Assembly: GCF_018350175.1 (NCBI RefSeq)
Contig: NC_058368.1
Location: 209,500,001 to 209,564,000 of the forward strand
From: Felis catus
Lineage: Eukaryota
DNA: 64,000 nucleotides
Reading direction: 5' to 3'
The notes beneath the pieces are model-generated. The model did no database searches, was not told where the DNA came from, and saw only the letters and a program-made list of their open reading frames with translations. Below, in pieces: positions 53,801 to 61,981 of this stretch. The position numbers and the translations under genes are program-made. The stretch's first letter is position 1; each line of letters starts with the position of its first letter.

Positions 53801-56800
53801 AACATCAAATCCATAAATTACATTACTAATTTCAATTAATGATTCATCAGTCTCTCAAAAATTTTAAGAGTTTTATACATAGAGTTCACCAAATAATCAA
53901 TAATTTAATAGGGACTTTCTTTTATTTAATTATAATTTTTGTAAGCACAAAAAAAGTCCATAAATTCAATGAATAGGTGTCTTGAAACTCCATCCTAATA
54001 TACTACTCAGACAAAAGGGAACACTTAACTCTAACCACTAAGAAAAGATCCTTGATCCTTAAGATTTGCTACTTAATATAAATTTAAAATTCTTTCCCAT
54101 AATTTTTTACAACAACAAAAATCCCCCAAACTATATTAAAAGACAGTAGGATTTGAAACTGATTATTGACTGAATTAACTAATTTGAAACAGGATTATTA
54201 ACTGAACAAACATACACACAAACTTTTCTTAAATGTACTGATTCAAAATAGTTTTATAGCAGTTACCCTCGTTTTGACAGAAAAAAAGGTGAAGATGCAA
54301 AACTAACATAACTTATGGAAAATACAGATGATAGAAACACTAATGTGCAATTTAGTAGACAATCACAGATAGTATCACTTGGTACATAATAGGTGATAGA
54401 CCTGTGATACAGAATTACCAAATCTCAGACAGTTGTTCCAGATAAAAAATGAAATTACGAATTTAACTTCTGAGGTGTGAGCATTAGTAATAAAAACATA
54501 ATTGAGAGACATAAAGAATTATAAAATATAATGAAAAAAAAAGAGTAACTAAAAAAAAACCTTTTTTACATTATAATTACATATTTGCCCAGAGTATGAT
54601 GTGGGAGTAATGAGATTATTTTACCTTTGTCTTGAACTTCTTTTGAAAAGCGCTCCCTTTCAATAGCTGATTCTCTCTCTATTCGTTCAATTTCAGCCAA
54701 TGCATCCAATTCCACTTCGTCATATATAGGTCCCTGTTGTGATACCTGCTGCTGATTCTGTACCACAGAAGTCTGGGGCTGTTTTGTAGCAACTGAAGTG
54801 TTCTGTTGTAAAACAGGCACTTGATTTGCTGGAAGGAATGCTGTTTGTTCTTGCTGCGACAAACACTGAGCAGCATTTAGTGGGCGGTTTACATCCTGTG
54901 GAGTAATGGGTGTTTTTGAAGTCTGTCCTGGGTACTGCACATTAAAAGGAATATCATTTTCTGAAACATTGCTATTTTCCATACCAGAAAGCATATCCTC
55001 TTGCTGGTCCATGTCTGAAGACCTTACACGAGAAAGTCTTAATGTAAGTTTAGTAGAGTCCTTGGATGGAGAACTAATGATATCATACATTGCAGCTTTC
55101 TCACTCTGGTCTTTTTCGTCCTTGCCTAATTTCATTTTCTTTTGCTTCTTTTGCTTTCTTTCTGGAGAATCTAGCAAGATGTCTGGTGGAACATCTCGAG
55201 GTGATGAACAAGGTAGAGGCTGAGACTGAAGGATTAAAGGTGGTCTTGATCCTAGAAAAGCAATTCAACAGGAATGAACAATTGTGCTAGTTTTATGTGT
55301 TCATACACTGATAGAAATACTAAATATGTGACAATATAGTAATGCTAGAAAAAATATTAAGGAATTATCTAATCTCAGCAACTTATTTACAAAATATGAA
55401 AAGAAAGCCTAAAGACTTGTCCCATAATCTTTAAGCCTGCTGGTAGATGATCCAGGTTTAACTGAAGTATGAGTATTCCATCTGCCAGACCAGCATTATG
55501 TTATTTCTATTTTTGTTCTTATAAAATATAAATACTTTGTTTGAAAATAGCAAAGGAGTTCATTGTTTCTAAAGATGATACAACACAAATATTTTGGGCA
55601 AATATTTCCTATTCTTTCACTTAATATTTAGGAAAACTAACAAATCTAAAGTAAGAATAAATCTGTTAAATTACAAAATAACAAATTAATCCTAGAAACT
55701 ACACTCACATGAATACTTACTGGTGTAAGAAAAAGAAAGTGGGAAAAATGAAAATTTTTAGAATCCTTACTTCCTTTACAAACTGATGGTAAATTACTGA
55801 TTTATACCTTTATGTGATGTTCTCTTTCTCCCTCCACTTAAATAGCATTCACACATTCTCTTCAGCTTGCTAATCCTCCTTCTATTAGAAAAAATTTAAG
55901 TCCAGCAAATTTCAAGGCTCAATAAAATATCTTTGGCCCAGATCCCATTAATTTAACAAATGTTATATGATACAAATAAGTGGTAAAAATAAGCTAACCA
56001 AATGGAAAAATTCTTTGTTAACAAACTGTTAAATGAGGAAAAATGCATTGATATGCTTCAAAAATAAAAGTATGATTGTTACACTGCTTATCATTAGACT
56101 ATAAAAAGTTTAAAAACCCGTAGGAAATTATAAAAATCAGTCAGGGTAAAAGTGCTTTAAAGAAAGAACCTAAACCTAGACTTGTCTTAAGTTAAGGTTT
56201 CAGTGTTTAAACATATGTATGATTTTTCCACGATACATAAACCTGTCCTTTCAATTAGCAATGTTAATATTTAAAGTATGATATACAAAGGGGCGCCTGG
56301 GTGGCTCTGGCTCCATGGGTTAAGCGCGCAACTCTTGATTTTGGCTCAGGCCATGATCTCACGAATGTGAGATGGAGCCCTGCATTTGGCTCCATGCTGA
56401 GTGTGGAGCCTGCCTGGGATTCTCTCCCCCTTCTGCCCCTCCCCGACTTGTGCGTTCGCTCTGTCGCTCTCTCTCTCTCTCAAAAAAAATTAATTAAAAA
56501 AAACCTTAAAGTGTGATAAATAAGAATATAACTTTCTAGAGAACATATCTAAAATGTGATAAAGATCCAACTGAAGCAATTTACTAGAAATGTTAGTTTG
56601 AGGTTATACCAACAGCTAGTGTTTTTAAACAGCTTATGGGGACATTAAAAAGAAAAGAAACTAATATTTTTGGACCATTTATTTTGTGTCAGAGCTTGTG
56701 CAAGGTGCTCTGCACATCAGTTCATTTAAATAATTTACAACAACCTTGATTTGCATTATCACTATTTTGCAGAAAGGAACATGAAGCTTATAGTGATTAA

Positions 56801-59800
56801 GAAATTCGCCCAAGGTTACATAGCTAGCAAACCTGAAACGTTTAAATCCAGATTTTTCTAACATTTGAATTATAACATACCATATTGCCTTTGTATTTAA
56901 AATTTGTGTCACATTATGTGTATTTTATTTTTTAAATTTTATTTTTATTTATTTTGAGAGAGAGAAAGTGTGCGCACAAGCAGGAGAAGGCAGAGAGGGG
57001 GACAGAGAATATCAAGCAGGCTCCATGTTGTCAGTGCAGAGCTGACATGGGGCTTGATCTCATGAACCATGAGATCATGTCCTAAAAGCAGAAATCAAGA
57101 GTCGGACACTTAACCCATGGAGCCACCCAGGCGCTCCCAAATTGTGTATATTTTAGAACTTAAAATTCCAACAATTCACCTAAAATATCAAATTAGACTG
57201 ATGATGCATTCAACCTTCCAAACTAGGTGGAAAACAACTTCATGAACAGAAGTAGTGGTTTCTGATGAATAATGTGTTTGTAAGGGTGTTCTAAAGTTTT
57301 TTCTTTCTATCTAAAGTTATTTATCCTCAAGAGTTTGAGGAAAAATGGGCTGATTATCTAGATCAACTAGCTATCTCACTGTATCTCCTCCCTGGCAGTC
57401 TGAATAATTTCTCACTTTGACAATACTTGTGAGATATGTACCTAACTTTGATGCCTAACCTACAAATAGAGTTATTCTGGAAGCTGCTCTTTCAAAAGCT
57501 GAGTTATTTTTATCCCTGAAAATTCACAGAATTAAAGAATAAGAATGGCTCATAGAAGTTCAACTTTCACCTTGGGAAGAATGTCTCTGATCAAAGAGTT
57601 GGATGGAACACAACCTGTGAAAAAATTGTCTTTATAATAAGACACACCAGTCCATGATTTAGATGGCTATTGTCAGAAATTCTCATGGATAGAGAAACAT
57701 TATTAATAATCACCTATATTGTAATTAATTACAAGTTAATTCTTTAATATGGAATATAATATTCTCTTCCAATAACTTTGGTAATTCAAATGATCACACT
57801 TTAATTTTAAGTACTTTCAAAAGGCCTGAACTTGGGACTTAAATTCACAATTTTATGAATCTAGTGTACGCAAAAGTCCACACAAGGTTCTTTGGGAATT
57901 TGAAGAGAAAATAAAATTCATGCCCATAAGATACTACAGGATAAGTTATTAGAAAAAATATAAACTAATGAATGGCTTGAGATGGTTAAAAGAAAAGAGT
58001 CCACGTAAGGTGACCCATTTAACTTAGAACTTAAATAGACAGGATTTTAATAAGCAGAAATGAAAGTATGTGTAAGAGATTTAGAGAGAGAATACACAAT
58101 AGGCCAGATTTTGATAAGTGACTACATGAGAGGTAAGAGACAACTTTATGATGATTCAGGACTAGGATGGCATTAAAAGGAAATAAAATGGCAGAAAACA
58201 GTGAAAATAACTTTGAAAATGAATTTGAAATACCAGCTAGAAATGAGGAAATTTTGTCTGGAAACAAAAGATTACAACTTAGAACACAGGACTGGAGCCA
58301 AAGACATTGACTTGGCAATCCTATTCACAAAAGTAATTAATGCTGTTACCAAAACTGAATGAAATAACCAAGGGAAAAAGTACAATGGGAGATTAAAAAG
58401 TCTAATGATAGAAATCTTGAGGAGTAAGAGAGCAGACAGAAGAGCTAATGAAGAAAAAAAAAATCAATGAAAGAAACATGAAGAAAACAGGTGGACTTGA
58501 TATGAAGTAAGTTTTCTGGGGGAGGTGGAGATGAGGGAAAGCTGATAAATGCTGTGGTCTGAAAAGATCATTGGATTTATCAGTGAGAACAATACTGTAT
58601 ATATTTGAAAACATTACCAATAGTTTACAGGGATGAGTACAGGTTTGTTTCTTTCAAGTGTAGCTTTTGGTATCTGCACTAAGAAGTTTGAGCTCTTCAC
58701 TCAACTGCTGAAGGAAATTTTAGTTACAACAATACCTTTAGGAGTCCCATCACTTCCAGCAGGGGAGCATACTGGCTGTGGAGACCTCAAGGGAAAAGAG
58801 GCAGCAGCATTCCTCAGTGTTGAAGAATCTCCATCCTGAAAAGAATATAAAATGTCTATCTTAAATGATTGGAGAGGCTTTAGAGAAATCTTAAACAGAT
58901 CAATAAAAGATAGAAACTACTGACAGGTAAAGTGTTGGTATTCAAAAGCATAATTCTTCTGTATGTTCCTGTTCTGCTCATGGTAAATCTTAGAAGAATT
59001 GAAACTGTATCCAAAAGAATCAACAGCCTATGCATGGCAATGAATAAGAAAACTGGTATTACTACTAGGCTCCATTTTTGTTTACTATTTTCTACAAGAG
59101 GAGCTATGAAGGCCATACGAGGCTGTAAATGTCTTGAGGGCAGAGTTCACAGTCATCTCTGTTATCCTTATATACACGTAACTCATTGCCAAACCAATTA
59201 ACATATAACTTATCTGATAATACCACAAAACCAGTTCCAGTATGTGGAATATTTTAAAACATCAAAGCAATGCTAAATTTCAGGGAATAAAGATTTGTAC
59301 AAGTCTTACAGGGAAAAAGAGCTTGATACTAATAAATAAAGGTTCATTATTTTAAAAACATTTTTGTGTGAACAAGTATTTAAAAATGAAACTAGATTTC
59401 ATTAAGAACCAAAACTTTTAGGCCAAGGGTTGGCAAACTTTTCTTGTAAAGGGACAGATAAATATTTTAGGGTTGTGGGCTACATACAGTTTCTGTCACA
59501 TGCTTTGTTGTTGTTGTTTTTTAAAAATGTAAAAGCCATTCTTAGTTTGTAGGTCAAACTAATGGCCAGTTTATCAACCTTGCTCTAGACCAAGCTCTGT
59601 AGGTATAGGAATCACATTGTTTATAGCAAGATTCTCAGACCTAGTATAACCTTTGATACACAGTAGATATCAATTAAACTGTGGGATCAAAATACTAGGT
59701 TACGAAACAAGTATTAGAACTATATTATTACCTTAATGATAACTAATATATAACATACGTCACTACTTAGCCTGTGCACCATGTGTAGGTAGTCGTCACT

Positions 59801-59919
59801 TGAGCCATGTCTAGGATTATCAGCATGATGATTAGCTGAATTGCCAGACAACGGACCAGAAACTTTATTATCATGTATGTTTCTCAAACCACCTGCAACA
59901 ATGGGACTTGATACTGATG
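1036..59919 (-). CDS. NIPBL: NIPBL (Nipped-B-like cohesin loader), partial multi-exon CDS, exons 7-31 in human numbering; both ends lie outside the window
   Basis: 25 GT-AG exons join in one frame giving recognisable NIPBL sequence: PETPKQ repeats, PVVVL (PxVxL), and the HEAT region [28 protein letters not shown]. Confidence 0.99.
1220..1444 (+). mobile_element. CanSINE (SINEC_Fc-type)
   Basis: tRNA-derived head, CT tract, A tail; TSD taaaatccaaaaca at 1206 and 1445. Confidence 0.93.
1464..1538 (+). mobile_element. Short, internally deleted CanSINE (head plus polyA)
   Basis: ggggcacctggctggctc...A26; flanks ccaaaacaaaggt / ccaaaaacaaagct. Confidence 0.75.
1708..1926 (-). mobile_element. CanSINE
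   Basis: polyT...cccaggtgcccc; TSD acaaa(g/t)gtt. Confidence 0.93.
2403..2537 (-). CDS. NIPBL: NIPBL exon 30 (135 nt)
   Basis: tcttag|GATACT...ATTAAG|gtaaga; [26 protein letters not shown]...EEGIK. Confidence 0.95.
3015..3235 (-). mobile_element. CanSINE
   Basis: TSD ctgacctggtcttttt at 3004 and 3235. Confidence 0.92.
3260..3670 (+). mobile_element. Old L1M (L1MC/ME-like) 3' fragment
   Basis: atctttgactggattctg...tttgggacaactggagaa...atacatgagggttcattg motifs. Confidence 0.5.
4546..4760 (+). mobile_element. CanSINE
   Basis: TSD gaaa(ta/ct)tgtcctt at 4532 and 4761. Confidence 0.93.
5317..5463 (-). CDS. NIPBL: NIPBL exon 29 (147 nt)
   Basis: ctttag|CTTGAT...ATTTTG|gtatgt; [26 protein letters not shown]...IERIL. 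Confidence 0.95.
5568..5666 (-). CDS. NIPBL: NIPBL exon 28 (99 nt), HEAT-repeat region
   Basis: cggcag|ATCCTT...GCAAGG|gtaaag; [33 protein letters not shown]. Confidence 0.95.
6284..6386 (-). CDS. NIPBL: NIPBL exon 27 (103 nt)
   Basis: ttgtag|GATGAA...ACACAG|gtaaac; [34 protein letters not shown]. Confidence 0.95.
6491..6705 (-). CDS. NIPBL: NIPBL exon 26 (215 nt)
   Basis: ttttag|TTTTCT...CATTAAA|gtaaga; [20 protein letters not shown]...QFSTL. Confidence 0.95.
7253..7665 (+). mobile_element. Two head-to-tail CanSINEs (7253-7438, 7454-7665)
   Basis: Two heads; TSD aaaacaaagtgccct at 7439 and 7666. Confidence 0.93.
7858..7898. repeat. Perfect 19-bp tandem duplication
   Basis: (accattgtgaggagcaatg)x2 + acc. 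Confidence 0.95.
8168..8257 (-). CDS. NIPBL: NIPBL exon 25 (90 nt)
   Basis: ttgtag|GTTTCA...CTAGTG|gtagga; [30 protein letters not shown]. Confidence 0.95.
9150..9940 (+). mobile_element. Old L1M 3' fragment interrupted by MER5A
   Basis: tcttggtttctaaa..ccattctccaataaaa..; end motif caacttttctgtaagtttaaaattatttcaaaata. Confidence 0.6.
9531..9710. mobile_element. MER5A (hAT-Charlie)
   Basis: cagtgtttttcaaactt..cattagaatcacctggaggg..gctgggccccacccccaga..tttctgatt..atactttgaaa. Confidence 0.8.
10567..10710 (-). CDS. NIPBL: NIPBL exon 24 (144 nt)
   Basis: gtttag|GTTCAT...AAACAG|gtattg; [22 protein letters not shown]...RILKQ. Confidence 0.95.
11457..11589 (-). CDS. NIPBL: NIPBL exon 23 (133 nt)
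   Basis: gaacag|ATGTGG...CTGTTG|gtaaga; [22 protein letters not shown]...LLGRLL. Confidence 0.95.
12186..12268 (-). CDS. NIPBL: NIPBL exon 22 (83 nt)
   Basis: atctag|GTTGAC...TTAAAAA|gtgagc; [27 protein letters not shown]. Confidence 0.95.
12447..12689 (-). mobile_element. CanSINE
   Basis: TSD ttag(c/t)aaacacattt at 12432 and 12690. Confidence 0.93.
13464..13522. repeat. Imperfect (TA)n microsatellite
   Basis: tatatatatatacatatatatat... Confidence 0.85.
14075..14213 (-). CDS. NIPBL: NIPBL exon 21 (139 nt)
   Basis: ttaaag|GTTAAA...AAAAAA|gtaagg; [22 protein letters not shown]...DSNKK. Confidence 0.95.
15090..15305. mobile_element. MER20 (hAT-Charlie)
   Basis: gattttgaccctcaggggacat..gtctggaga..ttttggttgt..cagggatgctgccaagcatcttacaatg..ccaaaatgtc..gaaaaacct. 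Confidence 0.8.
15527..15627 (-). CDS. NIPBL: NIPBL exon 20 (101 nt)
   Basis: aaacag|GTATTC...TTCAG|gtaact; [33 protein letters not shown]. Confidence 0.95.
16080..16160 (-). CDS. NIPBL: NIPBL exon 19 (81 nt)
   Basis: gtacag|GTATCA...ACTGCA|gtaagt; [27 protein letters not shown]. Confidence 0.95.
16722..16873 (-). CDS. NIPBL: NIPBL exon 18 (152 nt)
   Basis: ttttag|GAGGCT...CTTCAG|gtaagt; [18 protein letters not shown]...DTTILQ. Confidence 0.95.
17038..17221 (+). mobile_element. CanSINE (older)
   Basis: Head, CT tract, A tail; TSD agaaat(tt)attct. Confidence 0.9.
17262..17438 (-). mobile_element. CanSINE (older)
   Basis: TSD agta(g/a)tc(g/a)ttctt. Confidence 0.9.
17640..17860 (-). mobile_element. 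CanSINE
   Basis: T tail...ctgagccacccaggtgccc. Confidence 0.92.
18283..18514 (-). CDS. NIPBL: NIPBL exon 17 (232 nt)
   Basis: ttatag|AATAAC...CATGGAG|gttggt; [21 protein letters not shown]...RLDPHG. Confidence 0.95.
18639..18736 (-). mobile_element. Short CanSINE lacking the CT tract (SINEC_c-like)
   Basis: aagtaagctctacacccaatgtgaggcttgaactcacgaccctgagatcaagagtc..gtgcccc. Confidence 0.85.
20310..20420. mobile_element. MIR fragment
   Basis: tttattgagaactta..cactgttaagtactt..attatttgatttaatctt. Confidence 0.5.
20829..20915 (-). CDS. NIPBL: NIPBL exon 16 (87 nt)
   Basis: tttcag|CTTTCC...AATCAT|gtaagt; [29 protein letters not shown]. Confidence 0.95.
21261..22101 (-). mobile_element. Cluster of four head-to-tail CanSINEs
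   Basis: Four bodies at about 21261-21447, 21450-21649, 21652-21862 and 21878-22101. Confidence 0.93.
22362..22805 (+). mobile_element. L1 fragment (end of ORF2 and 3'UTR)
   Basis: ggtgggaatgtaattgggtgcagccactatggaaaac..aaatagaactaccata..gatgaatgg..aaaatgtggtata. Confidence 0.9.
22849..23020 (+). mobile_element. CanSINE with an internal deletion in the head
   Basis: ggggcacctggatggctca joined directly to ggtcatgatc; TSD agaagaggag. Confidence 0.88.
23667..23770 (-). CDS. NIPBL: NIPBL exon 15 (104 nt)
   Basis: tttcag|GTGATG...GATAAG|gtatct; [34 protein letters not shown]. Confidence 0.95.
23975..24436. mobile_element. Ancient ERVL-type solo LTR (LTR33/LTR16-like; family uncertain)
   Basis: ccctctggcttctgtttggg..gaaggagagtgaggtcagggtatttat..aattatcccaatttgagagtgtcatctgt..tgaca. 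Confidence 0.6.
24850..24960. mobile_element. L2 3'-end fragment
   Basis: ttatctttgcatctctagcactta..tcaataaatattgg..aataaatga. Confidence 0.55.
25330..25419 (-). CDS. NIPBL: NIPBL exon 14 (90 nt)
   Basis: ttgtag|AAATGA...GCATTTG|gtaaaa; [29 protein letters not shown]. Confidence 0.95.
25508..25579 (-). CDS. NIPBL: NIPBL exon 13 (72 nt), basic NLS-like segment
   Basis: atttag|TTGCTA...CCTGAAG|gtaaat; [23 protein letters not shown]. Confidence 0.95.
25835..26032 (-). CDS. NIPBL: NIPBL exon 12 (198 nt)
   Basis: ttttag|CCTCTA...AGTGAGG|gtaata; [13 protein letters not shown]...PPPSLSE. Confidence 0.96.
29900..30186. mobile_element. L2 3'-end fragment
   Basis: ccttcaagactcaactcaagtgtcacctcttcc..attagactgaaggctcttt..cagtgcctaaca..tagtaggaactcaataaatgtttg. 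Confidence 0.8.
30422..30604 (-). CDS. NIPBL: NIPBL exon 11 (183 nt)
   Basis: taatag|GTAGTA...TTTGAAT|gtaagt; [19 protein letters not shown]...DEAFE. Confidence 0.96.
32542..32742 (+). mobile_element. CanSINE
   Basis: Head, CT tract, A tail. Confidence 0.9.
33662..33885 (+). mobile_element. CanSINE
   Basis: Head, CT tract, A tail. Confidence 0.92.
34292..34509 (+). mobile_element. CanSINE with an internal 8-bp triplication
   Basis: gttcgtga-gttcatga-gttcgtga; TSD aatg(ca/tg)ttattt. Confidence 0.92.
34888..35118 (+). mobile_element. Young SINEC_Fc-type CanSINE
   Basis: CpG-rich; perfect TSD aagaagtgcatcta at 34874 and 35119. Confidence 0.96.
35395..35599 (+). mobile_element. CanSINE
   Basis: TSD aaagttt(t/g)gaggtc. 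Confidence 0.92.
35666..35947. mobile_element. Tigger2a-like DNA transposon
   Basis: ta|caggtgaccctt..tttgaactgcatgggtccacttata...ttcaaggatcaactg. Confidence 0.8.
36134..36350 (-). mobile_element. Young SINEC_Fc-type CanSINE
   Basis: Perfect 17-bp TSD tgaggatgaggtcttaa at 36117 and 36351. Confidence 0.96.
36667..37104 (-). mobile_element. Two tandem CanSINEs (36667-36873, 36890-37104)
   Basis: Two bodies each ending ccacccaggtg(c/t)ccc; flank repeat ac(tc/a)ttctatt. Confidence 0.9.
37930..38138. mobile_element. MER58A-like (hAT-Charlie)
   Basis: cagcaaactacagcctgtgg..ggcctgtaaagcctaaaatatttac..acagaaaaagtctgctgacccctg. Confidence 0.75.
38575..41880 (+). mobile_element. 5'-truncated, decayed L1 (L1MA-like), ~3.3 kb including inserted SINEs; antisense to NIPBL
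   Basis: RT-region motifs (agcattaccctgataccaaaacca, atagatgcagaaaagcattt, gcaggatacaaaatcaacatacaaaaatca) plus 3'UTR; many frameshifts. Confidence 0.95.
40299..40926. mobile_element. Three CanSINEs nested in the L1 (40299-40476 +, 40479-40695 +, 40720-40926 - truncated)
   Basis: Two heads on +; third body on - with an expanded (GA)n tract. Confidence 0.92.
42337..43028. repeat. Long inverted repeat, arms ~42337-42430 and ~42923-43028
   Basis: Left tgaattctcttattctaaaaaaagttattgaaaccctcctctacaagag.. matches the reverse complement of the right arm. Confidence 0.92.
42460..42845. mobile_element. Tigger2a-like DNA transposon containing a (TA)/(TG)n tract
   Basis: ta|cagttgactttgaataa..ggtccacttata...ttaaagagtcaactg|ta. 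Confidence 0.82.
44817..44884. repeat. (CA)n microsatellite with a TG/TA-rich palindromic lead-in
   Basis: tgtgtgtacatgtacttgcacatgtgtgta(ca)17. Confidence 0.9.
45711..45889. mobile_element. MER3/MER33-like (hAT-Charlie)
   Basis: aactttttatgatgatgcaaatgt..gccacttgccacatgtggctgctgag..atttaaatagcc..ggcta..atagcaca. Confidence 0.65.
46954..48579 (-). CDS. NIPBL: NIPBL exon 10 (1626 nt): undecapeptide repeats and HP1-binding PxVxL motif (PVVVL at 47060-47074)
   Basis: tttcag|ATAAGC...AATAAAG|gtaaga; overlaps ORF 46859..48571. Confidence 0.98.
47795..47980 (-). repeat. 33-bp coding tandem repeat (RPETPKQxxxx undecapeptide, six RPETPK units)
   Basis: Period 33 nt: 47980 to 47815 is exactly 5x33. 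Confidence 0.95.
51010..51125 (-). other. Candidate cryptic exon in NIPBL intron 9 (alternative 3' end at 51004)
   Basis: Strong acceptor tttttgtatgcattttcttcag|G after a ~48-nt AG-free zone; weak donors TAG|gtgaag and AAG|gttatg; see findings. Confidence 0.4.
54625..55251 (-). CDS. NIPBL: NIPBL exon 9 (627 nt), Gln-rich region
   Basis: ttctag|GATCAA...GACAAAG|gtaaaa; overlaps ORF 54566..55177. Confidence 0.97.
56290..56503 (+). mobile_element. CanSINE
   Basis: Head with a small ggctc duplication; flank repeat ttaaagt(a/g)tgata. Confidence 0.92.
56676..56885. mobile_element. MIR
   Basis: ttcatttaa..acaacaacctt..attatcactattttgcaga..aattcgcccaaggttacatagctag. Confidence 0.75.
56922..57138 (-). 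mobile_element. CanSINE
   Basis: T tail...agccacccaggcgctccc. Confidence 0.92.
58736..58835 (-). CDS. NIPBL: NIPBL exon 8 (100 nt)
   Basis: tttcag|GATGGA...CCTAAAG|gtattg; [33 protein letters not shown]. Confidence 0.96.
59422..59586. mobile_element. MER58A-like (hAT-Charlie)
   Basis: caagggttggcaaacttttcttgtaaaggg..aaatattttagg..ggccagtttatcaaccttg. Confidence 0.75.
59759..59919 (-). CDS. NIPBL: NIPBL exon 7 (161 nt)
   Basis: tttcag|CATCAG...AGTGAC|gtatgt; [19 protein letters not shown]...HRLSSD. Confidence 0.96.
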
Positions 59920-60715
59920 CTGAAATTAACAAGAATAAAAACAAAAAGCTTTATAAAAATAAAATTCTTAGAGAAAAATAATTGTTCACAAAATATTTTA
60001 AACACACAGAAATTATAGAAAATATAATAAGCACTTGTGTACGACTATCAGAGCTTGATCAAATCTTAGCACTGTGTCACATATCATTCAGATCTATTTT
60101 TCAAAAGAAATAAACCATTAGATAAGGCTGAAACTCTCCATGTATCTGCATATTCCTCTCCTCTGTTCCCTCCCCCTTACTCTATAAAAGTAACCACCAC
60201 ACTGACTTCAAACTTTGCTCTACCTATGAATATTTTATACCTTTCCTATAAATGAATATAGTCCTAAATAATACATAGCATTGTTTCACATATAACTTTA
60301 TATAAAATGGTATACTATATGTATATATCCTTCTATACCTTGCTTTCTATTTCAATGTTATGTTGAAATGTATCCATTTTTATACATGTAGTATTAAATT
60401 CACTTATTTTAAATAAATATATTCTGCTGCATAATGTATACAGCTTTCCATTCTTAAGTCCAAATGTTTAGATGGCTTCAGTATTTTTGCTGTCATAAAC
60501 AATGCATATTCTTGTACACGTATACATGTACATATACATATATTTGTATATAATGTATATTCTTGACTTTTTTACAAATGTGTCTAGAAGTGAAATTGCT
60601 GGATATGTCCACTTTTTAAAACTTACTGAATATTAATAAATAGTTTTCCAGATTACTTATGTCCATTTGTACTCCACTGGTAGTGTATGAGAGTTGCTAC
60701 TACTAATCTATATTC

Positions 60716-60937
60716 TTTTTTTTTTTTTTTTTTTCAACGTTTATTTATTTTTGGGACAGAGAGAGACAGAGCATGAACAGGGGAGGGGCAGAGAGAGAGG
60801 GAGACACAGAATCGGAAACAGGCTCCAGGCTCTGAGCCATCAGCCCAGAGCCTGACGCGGGGCTCGAACTCACGGACCGCAAAATCGTGACCTGGCTGAA
60901 GTCGGACGCTTAACCGACTGCGCCACCCAGGCGCCCC
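60716..60937 (-). mobile_element. Young SINEC_Fc-type CanSINE
   Basis: CpG-rich, pure T tail; TSD tatattctt. Confidence 0.96.
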
Positions 60938-61948
60938 TATATATTCTTGTCAACAATGTTTGTCAGCCTGAGATGGGAAGCTCTTTGTCAATTTAATATT
61001 TGTATTTTCTTTATTAATAGTGAAACCAAGTATCTTTTTATGTGTACTAGCCATTCGGATTCCCTCCTTAACACAAAATCATGAAGACAGTCTTCTGCAT
61101 TTTGTTTTAAAATTCCAGTTTTGTTTTTTTCACGCTTAGGTCTTTAATGCATCTTTACGTGTAGCTGAGACAGGAATCCAATTTTACCTTTATCCACATG
61201 GATGACTAATTGTCTCAACACAATTTATTAAAGAAACCAGTGTTTCCCAATTAAGATATAATACCATATGTATCAAGTTTTCATTTGTTCCTGGGTATGT
61301 TCCTAGGCTCTTTATCAAATTCCATTTCCCCATGTTCTACTCCTCCACGTACCAATAATATACAATAAATATACAATAATATACAATAAATCTGGGTAAC
61401 TGCCAGACTGAGCTTCTACATCTCATTCCATTTCAAATTATGTTGCTATTCTTGGACTTTTATTCTTCCATATGAATTTTTAGAAGAAGTTTAAGTTGCA
61501 CAAAATCCTGCTTTAGATTTTTATTGGTATTGTACTGAGTTTACAGATTTGGGAAAATTTCAATCTTTACCCTACTGAGTCTTTCCATCCATGAAGATGG
61601 CATAACTTCATATTCTTAGGTTTTCTTTTAGCTCTTTCAAAAGTTTTATAATTTTCTTCACAAAGGTCTTATACATTGTTAAATTCATTCTTAGATATCT
61701 TATGCTTTTTCCTTTAAGTTGTTGATAATATTAAAGAAAGATTATACTTATAATTGCTTATTTTAGATGTATAAAAATGCAATTAAATTTTATTATAATG
61801 ATCTTGTATCTAGTAACTGTGGAATATTTTTTAAGTTCTATTATCTTATCTGCAGCTTCTCTTAGATTTTCTATGAAGACAATCACTTGAAAACTAACAC
61901 TTTCATTTCTTCCTTACCAATAATTAGACATATAACTATACATACAAA

Positions 61949-61981
<33 letters not shown>

